Part shown: positions 1-11,411 of the stretch, piece after piece
How positions within the stretch are numbered: the stretch's first letter is position 1
Layout: each line of letters starts with the position of its first letter
Assembly (NCBI GenBank): GCA_963845145.1
Contig: CAWJQU010000002.1
Location: 1-64,000 of the forward strand
Direction of reading: 5' to 3'
DNA: 64,000 bases
DNA from: an uncultured delta proteobacterium
Lineage (GTDB): Bacteria; Desulfobacterota; Desulfobacteria; Desulfobacterales; QNYZ01
Position numbers and translations under genes: made by a program
The notes under the pieces: generated by a model
Seen by the model: only the letters and a program-made list of their open reading frames with translations
Told to the model about the DNA's origin: nothing
Databases searched by the model: none

Positions 1-72
<72 letters not shown>

Positions 73-121
73 ATAAAATGGAAAAACCATTGCTGCATGG
101 GGCAATGGTCTGTTTTTTAAA

Positions 122-198
122 TGGGGTGAGTGATGGGATTTGAACCCACGACCACTTGGGCCACAACCAAGGGCTCTACCAACTGAGCTACACCCACC
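122..198 (-). tRNA. tRNA-His (anticodon GTG)
   Basis: Reverse complement GGTGGGTGTAGCTCAGTTGGTAGAGCCCTTGGTTGTGGCCCAAGTGGTCGTGGGTTCAAATCCCATCACTCACCCCA shows G-1, C73 discriminator and an encoded CCA. Confidence 0.95.
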
Positions 199-273
199 CT
201 AGTGCAATTTTGTCTATATAATGCTTTCATTTTATTTTATCAAGCATTTTCCGCTCCCCTCAATGGGCAATCG

Positions 274-346
274 TATGTAGGGGCACCCCTTGTGGGTGCC
301 TGGGCGATCAAACCACCGGGCGACCACAAGGGATTGCCCCTACATA
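274..346. repeat. REP-like palindromic doublet (GTAG-type)
   Basis: TATGTAGGGGCACCCCTTGTGGGTGCC faces GGGCGACCACAAGGGATTGCCCCTACATA; each arm starts with GTAG followed by an imperfect hairpin. Confidence 0.7.
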
Positions 347-562
347 AGAACATCCATTATGGGATATTCGGGTGGTTTCGAAAAAAGTGAAGGTTTAAAC
401 GGCTGCAAATCTGAGGCGCCTTCATTTTCAAATCATTTACATCCCATACATCACAAACAGCGCTTATTAAAACCGGTTGTTTGGCGCAGCCGACCTATTG
501 ACCCAGTGCCGACGGTAGGTTAAATTATTTGTTTAATAAAAACATAATCTCAAAGGCCCGTT

Positions 563-733
563 ATGAATCATTTATATATCTTTTTGCTTCGTGCCATATT
601 AGGCGGTGTCATCGCTGTGGTTATTGCACGGACTTTTCGCCCTGACGGCGGGACGATTACCGTGGTCGGCCTGGCCATTCTCCTGGTTGGGACAGCGTAT
701 ATACTCGATTATTTTCGTAAGCGTAACACCTGA
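563..733 (+). CDS. Small two-TM membrane protein (56 aa), absent from the ORF track
   Basis: Own translation: MNHLYIFLLRAILGGVIAVVIARTFRPDGGTITVVGLAILLVGTAYILDYFRKRNT*; two hydrophobic helices and a basic tail; same strand as selB. Confidence 0.7.
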   Translation: MNHLYIFLLRAILGGVIAVVIARTFRPDGGTITVVGLAILLVGTAYILDYFRKRNT

Positions 734-734
734 A

Positions 735-825
735 AATCAAGCCGGGAAATCAAATCTGGCAACCAAACCAGGTAATCAAGCCAGGTAATCAGACTGGGCA
801 ATCAAACTGGGCAATAGAACTGGAA
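735..825 (+). repeat. Degenerate 13-bp tandem repeat, ~7 copies
   Basis: aatcaagccggga / aatcaaatctggc / aaccaaaccaggt / aatcaagccaggt / aatcagactgggc / aatcaaactgggc / aatagaactggaa. Confidence 0.85.
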
Positions 826-844
826 ATTAAGAGAGGCGCCTTTT

Positions 845-2755
845 GTGAAACAGATCATTCTTGGCACAGCAGGGCATATCGATCATGGCAAGACCTCTTT
901 GATTAAAGCCATGACCGGCACCGACACGGATCGACTCAAGGAAGAAAAATTAAGGGGGATCACCATCGAACTCGGTTTTGCCGGGTTGGATCTGCCCGAT
1001 GGCGAACATATTGGCATTGTGGATGTGCCGGGGCATGAGAAATTTGTGAAAAACATGGTGGCCGGGGCCACGGGTATCGATATTGTCCTCATGGTTGTGG
1101 CTGCCGATGAAGGGATCATGCCCCAGACCCGGGAACATATGGAGATTTGTACCCTTTTAGGCATTGACCAGGGGATCGTGGTCCTCACGAAAATCGATAT
1201 GGTCGATGAAGAGTGGCTCGAGCTCGTTCAGGACGATATCGGGCAATACATGCAGGGCACATTTTTGGAAGATGCGCCTGTTGTGTGCGTATCATCCCAA
1301 ACCGGCGAAGGGATCTCCGATCTCATTACGGCGCTTGCCGCCATCGTAGCGGTGCTACCCGAACGGGCTTCTACCGGCCTTTTCCGCCTGCCCATCGACC
1401 GGGTGTTCAGCATGAAGGGGTTCGGCACGGTCATCACGGGTACGCTCATCTCCGGCAAAGTGAAAACCGGTGAGCCGGTCATGATTTATCCCACCGGCAT
1501 CACATCTAAAGTCCGGGGTATTCAGGTTCACAATGAAAAAGTCGAAGAAGCTGCCGCCGGGCAACGAACAGCCATCAACTTTCAAGGGTTGGATCGAACG
1601 GCCGTCACCCGCGGACAAGTTCTGGCCGCCCCGAATGCCCTTAAATCAAATTATATGGTGGACGTCCGGGTGACATATCTGGGTAGCAACAACAAAGAGC
1701 TGAAAAATCGAACCCGCCTCAGATTTCATGCCGGCACCAGTGAAATCATGGGGAACTTGATATTGCTCGACCGGGAAACCCTTTCGCCGGGCGACACGAC
1801 GGTGGCCCAGGTTCGCCTGGATACGCCGGTGGCTCTGGTCGCCAACGATCGTTTTGTTTTGCGTAGCTATTCTCCGGTGCGAACCGTGGGTGGCGGCATC
1901 ATTCTCAACCCCATTGCTGAAAAACATAAGCGATTGCGACCCGAGGTTATTCAAGGGCTGGGTGAGCTGGTTGACAGCGATCTGAACGCCATCTTGTCCC
2001 ATCATATTTCCCAAGCCGGAAACAACGGTCTGACATTTTCAGATCTACGACTGGTAACGGGCGCCAAAGACAAAATCATTGAAAAAAACCTGGGCGTATT
2101 GTTGACCAAGCAAGAGGTCATCCTCATGGATAAAGAGGAAAAAGCGTATATTCATGCGGATACTTTAAAGTCCATGACCACTAAAATCCACCAAACCCTG
2201 AGCGAGTATCACAAAAAATACCCCCTTAAACCGGGTATTTCTAAAGAAGAACTGCGGTCAAAGTTTCCAGCAGCAAAAAACCCCAAATTGATGACCCTGG
2301 CGATCAATCGAATGGAACGCGAGAATGAAATCGTCCAGGATGAAAAAACCATTCATCTGAAAAGCCATACGGTTTCTTTAGGTGCCGATCAGGATACCAT
2401 TCAAAGAAAAATCAAGGCCGCCTATGCCGGTGCCGGGCTCATGCCGCCCTATTTTAAAGATCTGGTCACGACCCTTAAAACCAATGAATCCCTGGCCAAA
2501 GATGTCCTTAACCTTCTCCTCCAGGATCACAAGCTGGTCAAGGTCAAGGAAGGCCTCTATTTTGATGCCGAGGCGGTTGAAAACTTGCGCCAACAATTGG
2601 TGGCTTTTTTAAAAGCGCATGATGAGATCACCACCGCTGAGTTCAAAGATATGACTGGTGCGTCACGTAAGTATGTGATACCATTATTTGAATACTATGA
2701 TGCCCAAAATGTGACGATCCGCATCGGTGACATTCGCAAATTGAGAAGAGGTTGA
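845..2755 (+). CDS. selB: Selenocysteine-specific translation elongation factor SelB
   Basis: [26 protein letters not shown] and TKID G-motifs; 636 aa; C-terminal winged-helix [13 protein letters not shown]...R motif. Confidence 0.97.
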   Translation: MKQIILGTAGHIDHGKTSLIKAMTGTDTDRLKEEKLRGITIELGFAGLDLPDGEHIGIVDVPGHEKFVKNMVAGATGIDIVLMVVAADEGIMPQTREHMEICTLLGIDQGIVVLTKIDMVDEEWLELVQDDIGQYMQGTFLEDAPVVCVSSQTGEGISDLITALAAIVAVLPERASTGLFRLPIDRVFSMKGFGTVITGTLISGKVKTGEPVMIYPTGITSKVRGIQVHNEKVEEAAAGQRTAINFQGLDRTAVTRGQVLAAPNALKSNYMVDVRVTYLGSNNKELKNRTRLRFHAGTSEIMGNLILLDRETLSPGDTTVAQVRLDTPVALVANDRFVLRSYSPVRTVGGGIILNPIAEKHKRLRPEVIQGLGELVDSDLNAILSHHISQAGNNGLTFSDLRLVTGAKDKIIEKNLGVLLTKQEVILMDKEEKAYIHADTLKSMTTKIHQTLSEYHKKYPLKPGISKEELRSKFPAAKNPKLMTLAINRMERENEIVQDEKTIHLKSHTVSLGADQDTIQRKIKAAYAGAGLMPPYFKDLVTTLKTNESLAKDVLNLLLQDHKLVKVKEGLYFDAEAVENLRQQLVAFLKAHDEITTAEFKDMTGASRKYVIPLFEYYDAQNVTIRIGDIRKLRRG

Positions 2756-2757
2756 TC

Positions 2758-4499
2758 ATGGCGAAAAACAGACCTGACATTAAACCCGACATCAAAATAG
2801 TAAACCGGGACAACTTAAACCGGGAAACTTAAAATTGTTGGCCCTCACGCCGGCGTTGTCAATGACCGTTTTGCTTTTCACAATCACGGCTCTTTTTATT
2901 CAGACACCTTGGGCGGAATCTACTTGGGCGGAATCGACAACTGTAGGTCAGAAGGCCCTTGCCATTGAATTGGACGCGACATCCGCCAAAGCAATGGGAT
3001 CCCTTGAACGACGATTCGGCCCGATAAACGATCTGCTTTATTTGTACCCGGTGAACGAAAAGGAAACCATTGTCGAACTTGGCTTTCCCGGAGAACTGAT
3101 TGTCGCCCCTGACAAAACGAAATTGTCCGATCTGTTGTCAACGTCAGCCTCAAAAATCAGGATCAATGCGGAACCCGATACCCTTTCCCGTCTTTTTTTG
3201 GCAGACGCGCCCCCCGCCGCCAGGATCGTAAACAAAGAAAAACGGCTGGTTGGTATTGTCGCCACCCAAAAAGCCATGGAACCGTTTAGAACCGGCGCTG
3301 TCCTGCGATCAACGGAGAAAAATGACGCCGCCCCGGAGACGGATATGGAAACGGAAACGGCCGCCAAAGCGGTCGAACATCCCGCAGACAAGGATACACC
3401 CCAGCCAACCGAAGCGGATAATATAAAAACCGCCGCACATGCACCGGCGAAAAGCAGTGAATCGCCTACCGCCCAAACCCAGGATGCGGTTCACGAACCC
3501 CAAACGGATACCCACCAGACGGATAATACAAACCAGGCGGATATCACAAATAAGGTCGGCAAAACCGACCATGGTGAAGCCCCCCAGGCCCCGGCCGCTC
3601 TAAACCCTGAACACACGGCATCGGAGGAAACCGCCTCACAGGAGCAACCGGCCCATTCGGAACCAGCGCATTCGGAACCGGCCCATCAACCGCCCGTTGC
3701 CGAATCACACGGAAAACCGACCCACGGCCCAACTTTCGACGCCTCCCTGCCCCGTGGCGTAAACCTCATTGCGGCCATAATCCATCCCCTGGATTATGAA
3801 CTCAACGAACGTTTCTGGGGCTGGCGCCCCAATGATTTGATCGACCTTGGGGATAATGTGAGGAACTTTCAGCTCGGCGTGCTGGAAATAACCCGCCGCA
3901 CGGCCATCATTTTATCTGAACGGGTGTCCCGTACCGGTGAGTCCGCACGCTTCGACCCCCAGCTTCGAAATGCCATGAACTGGTTCATGATCAAACCCAA
4001 CCGCTACTGGTTCCCCTCGGCGGAATCCAAATACCAGGATGCGCTGGATGCGCTTACCGAGTATAAAGAAAGACTGGCCAAAAACCAGGCCAAATTTTTC
4101 AACCGGGCCGACAACCTGATCCCATTGCTGATGGCCTATGAGGATTTAATGGGAAGCTGTGAAGAAAATCTGGTCAAGGCTACAGAAGAAGACGGCGCTT
4201 CGGTCAGCTTTTTCAAAGCCGACAACTATCTCTATTACACCAAAGGGGTAACCAGCGCTTTGCTCACTATTCTGACTGCCATCGAGCACGATTTTGGGGA
4301 TGTCATCGCTTCCCGGCAAGCCCAGGGAGATATTCATCACGCCATCACGTCATGTCGCCTTGCCCTCAAGGTCGATCCGACCCTCGTTATGAACAGTCAC
4401 CCCAGCAGTATTTTTGCCAATCACCGTGCCAATCTGGCCGCCCCCATCAGCCACGTCCGGTTTTACCTGTCGGTATTGATAAAAACACTGTCGACTTAG
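2758..4499 (+). CDS. DUF2333-family protein with signal/TM segment and long acidic/Pro-rich linker
   Basis: C-terminal part has WRPND...DNVRNFQLGVLE and WFPSAESKY, typical of DUF2333. ORF track starts at 2835. ATG at 2758 has an RBS and comes into frame if one base is restored in the repeat AACCGGGA(C)AACTTA. Confidence 0.7.
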
Positions 4500-4515
4500 A
4501 GCTCGCGAAAATGCC

Positions 4516-5346
4516 TTATTTTGTTTGTTGAAACATATGTACATCACTCTGTGGATAGGGAATGCTGATACCGGCCGTATCGAATGCCTTTTTGATATTT
4601 TCCATGGCATCCATGTAGACATCCCAATAGTCGTCGGACTTCACCCAGGGTCGGACGACAAAATTAACACTGCTGTCGGCAAGCTCCACCACGGCAATTT
4701 TTAAAGGGGGTTCTTTCAGGATCCTTTCATCCTCGCCCAAAATATCCGCCATGATCTTTCTAGCCTTGTCGATGTCATCGTCATAACCGATGCCGAAAAC
4801 CATATCCACCCGGCGGGTCCCTTTGAGGGTCCAATTGACGATATTATCGCCGGTGAGCTTGGCGTTGGGGATGATCACGGTTTTGTTATCCGGTGTTTTC
4901 AACGTGGTCGTAAAGATCTGTATTTCCTCTACAACACCTTGCGAACCCGCACCTTCGATAAAATCGCCAACGTTGAATGGTCTGAAAATAAGCATGAGAA
5001 AACCGGCCGCAAAATTGGAGAGGCTACCCTGCAGGGCAAGACCGATGGCGAGGCCGGCAGCACCCAGGATCGCAATAAAGGAGGTTGTCTGGATGCCCAA
5101 TTGGCCGAGCGCGGCAATAATGAAGACCGCTAAAAGGGCAACATAAGCCATGCTACAGGTGAATCCAATAATGATGTCGTCAATCTGCTTCTTTTCCATC
5201 AGCTTTTTGAGAACCCTGCGAAGTCCTTTGGCAACCCAGCGTCCAACAATGAATATAACCAAAGCGGTGATCGCCTTAATTCCGAATAAACCTGCCATTT
5301 CCCATAGTTTGTCAAGATATTGTTCCAACGGTATTCTCCCTTCCAT
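4516..5346 (-). CDS. mscS: Small-conductance mechanosensitive channel
   Basis: GAAGLAIGLALQGSLSNFAAG, FRPFNVGD, IPN, GISIPYPQ motifs. Confidence 0.95.
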   Translation of the reverse strand: MEGRIPLEQYLDKLWEMAGLFGIKAITALVIFIVGRWVAKGLRRVLKKLMEKKQIDDIIIGFTCSMAYVALLAVFIIAALGQLGIQTTSFIAILGAAGLAIGLALQGSLSNFAAGFLMLIFRPFNVGDFIEGAGSQGVVEEIQIFTTTLKTPDNKTVIIPNAKLTGDNIVNWTLKGTRRVDMVFGIGYDDDIDKARKIMADILGEDERILKEPPLKIAVVELADSSVNFVVRPWVKSDDYWDVYMDAMENIKKAFDTAGISIPYPQSDVHMFQQTK

Positions 5347-5360
5347 CTTCCTGTCTGCTT

Positions 5361-6581
5361 TTAAGGTATATCACCCATCTGATCCGATATCCGGGTGACA
5401 ATTGCATCGAGTAGAAGCATCCCCTCGACCGTTAAAGCGATCCGATCCTGCCGGTTTCGAACGAATCCTTGAGCGTGTAGCTCGGTTATCAATGCCTCGC
5501 ACCGTTCGATGATAGAAATGCCGAAACGCCTGTAAAAAACCCCTATATCGATCCCGGCCGTTGTTCGCAATCCCAAATAGATGGCCTCCAGGATCTTTTG
5601 AGGCCGTGTTAATCGTTCCTCGCCCGATATAGGACGGTGTCCATCAGTTAGTAATCCTATATAGCTTTCGGTGCTTTTTACATTCCACGATCGGCGCAAA
5701 CCGTCATAAGTGTGGGCGCCGGCGCCGAGACCCAGGTAGGGTGCGTCGATCCAGTACTTTGTATTGTGGCGGGATTGGGCGCCGGGCAAGGCGAAGTTCG
5801 ACACTTCATACTGACGGTAACCTTGATGCCCCAATAGACGCGTGGTCATTTTATACATATCGGCAATGGCTGAATCTTTTAATGGCTTAATGCTGCCCGC
5901 CTGCCTTTGGGTGTCAAACGGTGTACCTGTCTCAAAGGTCAACATGTAGCAGGAGATATGATGGGGTGAAATCGTCACCGCATGTTCCAGATCCCTTTGC
6001 CATTCTGCCTGTTTTTGACCGGGCAGGCCATATATCAGGTCGATGCCGACATTTGGATACCCCGCTTCCATGACTTCTTTCAGGCATCGAATTGCCGTCT
6101 CGGCCGTATGGATTCTCCCCAACCATTTCAGTTTCTGATCGTCAAATGACTGCACCCCCACACTGATACGATTGACCCCGGCCTGCCTGTAGGCATTTAA
6201 CGCATGCGCACTCGTCGTCCCCGGATTGATCTCCAATGTGACCTCAGCCTGGGAGTCGATCCGGTAGGCGGATCGGGCGGATGACAACAGCATGTCTACC
6301 TCTTCCCCGGATAGAAGGGATGGCGTTCCACCGCCGATGTAAATCGAGTCAAAGGGGGGGGCTTTGGCCTGGGTTAAGGCCATTTCAGAAATCAAGGCCT
6401 GAAGATAAGGCTTTTTTTGGGATAGATCCGTATGCGAATAGAAATCACAATAGGGACACTTCTTCAGACAAAAAGGGATGTGTATATACAATCCGGCATG
6501 GGCATCGGTTTTGGGTCTCAACCCCGTCTCGGAGCCCCTTTCGCAACCCCTTTCAGGATCAGGGCGACTATATGAAATCAA
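5361..6581 (-). CDS. hemW: Radical SAM heme chaperone HemW (HemN-like); start uncertain
   Basis: LYIHIPFCLKKCPYCDF, GGGTPS, YEVSNF and HNTKYW motifs. Confidence 0.9.
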   Translation of the reverse strand: MISYSRPDPERGCERGSETGLRPKTDAHAGLYIHIPFCLKKCPYCDFYSHTDLSQKKPYLQALISEMALTQAKAPPFDSIYIGGGTPSLLSGEEVDMLLSSARSAYRIDSQAEVTLEINPGTTSAHALNAYRQAGVNRISVGVQSFDDQKLKWLGRIHTAETAIRCLKEVMEAGYPNVGIDLIYGLPGQKQAEWQRDLEHAVTISPHHISCYMLTFETGTPFDTQRQAGSIKPLKDSAIADMYKMTTRLLGHQGYRQYEVSNFALPGAQSRHNTKYWIDAPYLGLGAGAHTYDGLRRSWNVKSTESYIGLLTDGHRPISGEERLTRPQKILEAIYLGLRTTAGIDIGVFYRRFGISIIERCEALITELHAQGFVRNRQDRIALTVEGMLLLDAIVTRISDQMGDIP

Positions 6582-6606
6582 TTGTCTATAGGCATGAATG
6601 GATGGA

Positions 6607-7153
6607 TTATCCTCGAGCCGTTTCTCCCAGGGACAGGCCGATATCCAGCGATTGATAATTCATCTCTAGAAATCCCGATGGGATCCGGTCTTTCAGGGCT
6701 TTCTTGACCGATTCGACCGAGACCAGATCCGTCAACGCCACCACCGCACCCAACATACAGATATTGAAAACAATCGGCTTGCCGATCTTTTCCATGACCG
6801 TCTCGTACATAGGCAACTGCTTTTGCACAGCGTCCGCCTTGCGCTCGATATCCACAAACCGCGAATCGGTGACAAGCAGGCCTCCGGGTCGGATTATGGG
6901 GTAAAATTTATTATAGGCCAGTTGCGTCAGGCAAACGAGGACATTGGGTTGATACACTTTGGGGAAAGTTGATCGGTTCGCCGGAGATAATCACATCCGA
7001 ACGGGTGGCCCCCCCCCGGGCTTCCGGTCCATATGCCTGGGATTGGACGGCATTGAGATTTTCATACAAAACCGCCGTTTCCGCTAGAATGATGGCCGCG
7101 GTAATTACCCCCTGCCCTCCTGACCCTGAAAGGACAAGTCGACATCGTTTCAT
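6607..7153 (-). CDS. 2-oxoacid:ferredoxin oxidoreductase gamma-subunit family; one frameshift at ~6960
   Basis: GSGGQGVIT, QSQAYGPEARGG, NICMLGA. The two ORFs join as INFPKVYQPN if one base is removed from the TTTCCCC run. Confidence 0.85.
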
Positions 7154-7195
7154 AAGTGGCTCCTGTTTTATCCGGATGCTAAACGCTTCACATTA

Positions 7196-9966
7196 TTAGT
7201 TGGCAAGAATTTTTCTTAATACATAGGGCAATATACCGCCATGGCGATAGTAATCCACTTCCACCTCGGTATCCAGGCGAACGATCACTTCAAAAGAGAC
7301 GGGGGTTCCATCGGAGCGGGCGGCCTTCACTTTCAATGTTTTTCTGGGCTCGATATCCCTAATCCCGCTGATGGAATAAGTTTCCGTGCCATCCAGCCCA
7401 AAATCCTGATACCCTTTATCATCTTTAAAAACAAGCGGCAAAACACCCATTCCCACCAAATTGCTTCGATGAATCCGTTCAAAAGACCTGGCAATCACGG
7501 CTCGGATCCCCAGCAGGCGGGTCCCCTTGGCCGCCCAGTCGCGGGAAGAACCGGTACCATACTCTTTTCCCCCCAAAACGATCAGCGGGATCTTCTCATC
7601 GCCGTAGGCCAGGGCGGCTTCATAGATAGAAACGTTTTTTTTTTCCGGTAGCTTAACGGTAAAGCTGCCTTCTTTGGCGTCGACCAGCTCATTTTTAATG
7701 CGGATATTGCCGAACGTACCCCGCATCATCACTTCGTGGTTACCTCGGCGGGAGCCATAAGAGTTGAAAGCCTCACGGGTCAGCCCCTTTTTCAATCAGG
7801 TATTTCCCGGCCGGATAATTTCAGGCGCAATTGCGCCGGCCGGTGATATATGGTCCGTGGTAATCGTATCGCCTAAAAGCAGGAATGCCCGGGCGCCTTG
7901 AGATATGGACGGGTTTGATGTATGCCAGGTCAAAACCATCAAAATAAGGTGGTATTCTTGATATAAGTTGAAGATGCCGCATCCCAGGCGAAACGTGGTC
8001 CCTCCGTCACGGCAAGATCCCGCCAATAACTCGTCGCCTCTAAAGATGCGACCGTATTCAGATGGCGAAAAATTCTTTTTTCACATGCCGGTGTGACCAG
8101 ATCGTCGATCGCTTCATTATCGGGCCAGATTTCGTTTGAGATAGACCGGATGTCCGTTAGGGTCGATACCCACCGGTTCCGTGTCCAAATCGATATCGAT
8201 ACGGCCTGCCAGGGCGAAAGCCACGACCAGCATGGGTGATGCCAGGAAATTGGATTTGATCAGTTGATGGATCCGAGCTTCGAAATTGCGATTTCCCGAG
8301 AGCACGGCCGCCACATTCAGATCTTTATCGGCAATAACTTTTTCGATAGTCGGGATCCAGTGGGCCGCTGTTGCCGATACAGGTGGTACAACCAAAAGCC
8401 GCCGTATGAAACCCCAATGCTTCAAGATAGGGCGTCAGTCCTGAATCTTCCAGGTAGCTGTCTGACCACTCTGGAGCCCGGAGCCAGAGACGTTTTGACA
8501 TACCCTGGCACCCGCAAGCCCTTGCGAACGGCATTACGGGCCAAAAGCGCGGCACCCAACAACACCGATGGGTTGGATGTATTGGTGCAGGAGGTAATCG
8601 CGGCGATAACGATGCTGCCGTCGCCGATCCGCTCTGGTTTGCCATGTAGTGTCCACATCGAAAAACCGCTGGCTCACGGGAATGCAACGCTTGGCCCGTT
8701 TGGTTTTGCAACCCGATTCGTCGAGGAAAGTGGCGAAATATTTGGCGTATCGGTGTCCCGCTGGTATTCGCAGCCTATGATATGAGCAAATGACTTCCTT
8801 CAGGTCCCCTAGCAGAATTCGGTCCTGGGGCCGAGCCGGGCCGGCCACGGCCGGATGCGACCGAAGAGAGGTCAAACTCTACCACATCGCTATATTCGGG
8901 ATCGACCTCACCGGTATAGAACAGGCCAAATTCACGCGTGCAACGGTTTCGACAATTTGGGCCCGATCGTTCACGGTCGGTCATTTTAGGTACTTCAAGG
9001 TATTTTCATCCACCGGAAAAAACCCCATGGTCGCGCCATATTCCGGGACTCATATTGGCGATGGTCGCCCGATCGGGTACAGCAAGCCGTTTCATTCCCG
9101 GCCCGAAAAACTCCACAAATTTCTCCACGACCTTGTATTCCCTGAAGCATTTCGGTGACATGAAGCACCAAATCGGTCGCGGTCACGCCCGGTTTCAGTT
9201 CACCGATCATGCGAACGCCGATCACTTCAGGGATGGCCATGTAGTACGGTTGGCCCAGCATGACTGCCTCGGCCTCGATGCCGCCCACACCCCATCCCAT
9301 CACGCCGATGCCGTTAATCATGGTGGTGTGGGAATCGAGTGCCCACCAACGAGTCCGGGATAGGCAAACGTGCGATCGTTTTTAGTTTCGGTGATGATGG
9401 TCTTGCCCAAGATATTCCAGGTTAACCTGGTGGCAGATTCCTGAGCGGGGCGGAACCACATTGAAATTGGCAAAGCTCTTCTGAGCCCATTTCAACAAGG
9501 CGTAGCGCTCGCCGTTGCGCTCATATTCCTTGGCGACATTGTGATTCTGGCAGTCTGTGGTGCCGTAATAGTCCACCTGTACCGAATGGTCGACGACGAG
9601 ATCCACCGGTACCAGCGGGTTGATTTTCTTGGGATCGCCGCCCATTCGCTGCCATGGCATCCCGCATGGCGGCCAGATCCACCACGGCCGGTACACCGGT
9701 AAAATCCTGCATGAGCACCCGGGCCGGATGATAGGGGATCTCCACCGGAGCCGCATAGCGTTTTTGCCAGTTGGCGATATTATCAGATCGTCTTTTTTAA
9801 CCACCTTGCCATCCAGGTGCCGCAGCAGGTTTTCCACCAGGATTTTAATGGAAAACGGCAGACGGCTGATGTCGGCGATACCCTTGGCTTTTAATAGATT
9901 GATATCATATACAGTCAATTGCCGACCGTTAACATCGACTTGTTTTATATAGTTTTGATTATCCAT
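7196..9966 (-). CDS. acnA: Aconitate hydratase A, full length but broken by many frameshifts
   Basis: Consecutive fragments carry [112 protein letters not shown]; span ~2.77 kb matches an intact AcnA. Confidence 0.9.
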
Positions 9967-10015
9967 TATCCCCCCAAATCTTGTGGTTGCCCTAATTTAC
10001 GGTCCTGACCTGTTG

Positions 10016-11233
10016 TTACATATTTTTCGCCAGGGCACGGGCAAATTCCGAGCATTTGATCTTTTGGGCGCCCTCCATTTGCCGGGCCAGGTCGTAAGTT
10101 ACCATCTTTTGGGCCACCGTCTTTTGCAAGCCCTTTTGGATCAAGTTGGCTGCCTCAGTCCATCCCATGTGTTTCAACATCATGGCGCCGGACAAAATTA
10201 AAGAGCCGGGATTGACTTTATCCTGCCCGGCATACTTGGGCGCCGTGCCATGGGTGGCCTCAAACAGGGCACACGCACTGCCGATGTTGGCGCCGGGAGC
10301 CATTCCCAATCCCCCGACCATAGCCGCCAGGGCATCGGAGATATAATCACCGTTCAGATTGGGCATAGCCAAGACATCGTATTCAGCAGGACGCAACAAA
10401 ATTTGCTGAAACATGGCATCGGCAATACGGTCTTTAATGACGCATCGGCCGCCGGGAGCCTTACCGCCGTGGTGCTCCCACACATCGGCCTCGGTGATAA
10501 CCCGATCCCCATATTCTTCCAGGGCCAACTCATACCCCCAGTTTCGAAACGCCCCTTCGGTAAATTTCATAATATTGCCCTTATGAACCAGCGTAACGCT
10601 CGCCTTTCCATGGTCCAGGGCAAATTCAATGGCCATCTTCACCAGGCGCCGGGTGCCGGTACGGCTGATGGGCTTGATACCGATGCCCGAATCGGGGCGA
10701 ATGTCACGCCCGGTCTCATCCTTGACAAAATCAATCAATTTTTGGGCGGTTTGGGTACCGGCCTCCCACTCGAACCCGGCATAAACGTCCTCGGTATTTT
10801 CTCTGTAAACCACCATATCCACGTGTTCCGGATGAATCATGGGGCTGGGAATTCCGGCAATATAACTGACCGGGCGAATGCAGGCATACAGATCCAAAAT
10901 TTGGCGCAAAGCGACGTTTACGCTTCGAATCCCCTGCCCTACCGGTGTGGTCAAGGGCCCCTTGATCGCCACGCGGTATTTCTTTATGGCCGCAACGGTA
11001 TCGTCGGGCAACCAATCGCCGGTTTGGTTAAAAGCCTTCTCTCCGGCTAATATTTCCAGCCATTGGATAGCGCGACGACCGTCATAGGCGTTGGCTACCG
11101 CAGCATCCAAAACCATTTTCGATGCCCGCCAGATGTCGGGCCCAATGCCATCGCCTTCGATAAATGGAATCATCGGCTTGTCGGGTACGGTCAACTTTCC
11201 GTCTTGTGCAATTGTGATACAATTTTCGGCCAT
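10016..11233 (-). CDS. icd: NADP-dependent isocitrate dehydrogenase
   Basis: [55 protein letters not shown]. Confidence 0.97.
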   Translation of the reverse strand: MAENCITIAQDGKLTVPDKPMIPFIEGDGIGPDIWRASKMVLDAAVANAYDGRRAIQWLEILAGEKAFNQTGDWLPDDTVAAIKKYRVAIKGPLTTPVGQGIRSVNVALRQILDLYACIRPVSYIAGIPSPMIHPEHVDMVVYRENTEDVYAGFEWEAGTQTAQKLIDFVKDETGRDIRPDSGIGIKPISRTGTRRLVKMAIEFALDHGKASVTLVHKGNIMKFTEGAFRNWGYELALEEYGDRVITEADVWEHHGGKAPGGRCVIKDRIADAMFQQILLRPAEYDVLAMPNLNGDYISDALAAMVGGLGMAPGANIGSACALFEATHGTAPKYAGQDKVNPGSLILSGAMMLKHMGWTEAANLIQKGLQKTVAQKMVTYDLARQMEGAQKIKCSEFARALAKNM

Positions 11234-11333
11234 GGTTATTTCCTAACGTAGCTCATTGATTATTGACTCTAAGGGGTTCTCTACTTTAGTGGTCATACCT
11301 AAATTTTAGACAAAGGTAAATGCATCCCCCGCT

Positions 11334-11362
11334 TTGACAACCCATTCGGACTTTCATATAAG
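11334..11362 (+). promoter_or_regulatory. Putative sigma70 promoter for mltG
   Basis: TTGACA-17 bp-TATAAG about 50 bp upstream of the GTG start. Confidence 0.55.
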
Positions 11363-11411
11363 GGTCAATTCAACCGAATCCGGACCATATGGGAAGAATG
11401 GGTTAAATTAC

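Noticed and set aside
7196..9966. Selenocysteine read-through explaining the acnA fragments
   Set aside because: Fragments change reading frame rather than being separated by in-frame TGA codons.
10250..11050. 266-aa antisense ORF over icd (and similar shadow ORFs throughout)
   Set aside because: No recognisable motifs; explained by codon bias of the real gene on the opposite strand.
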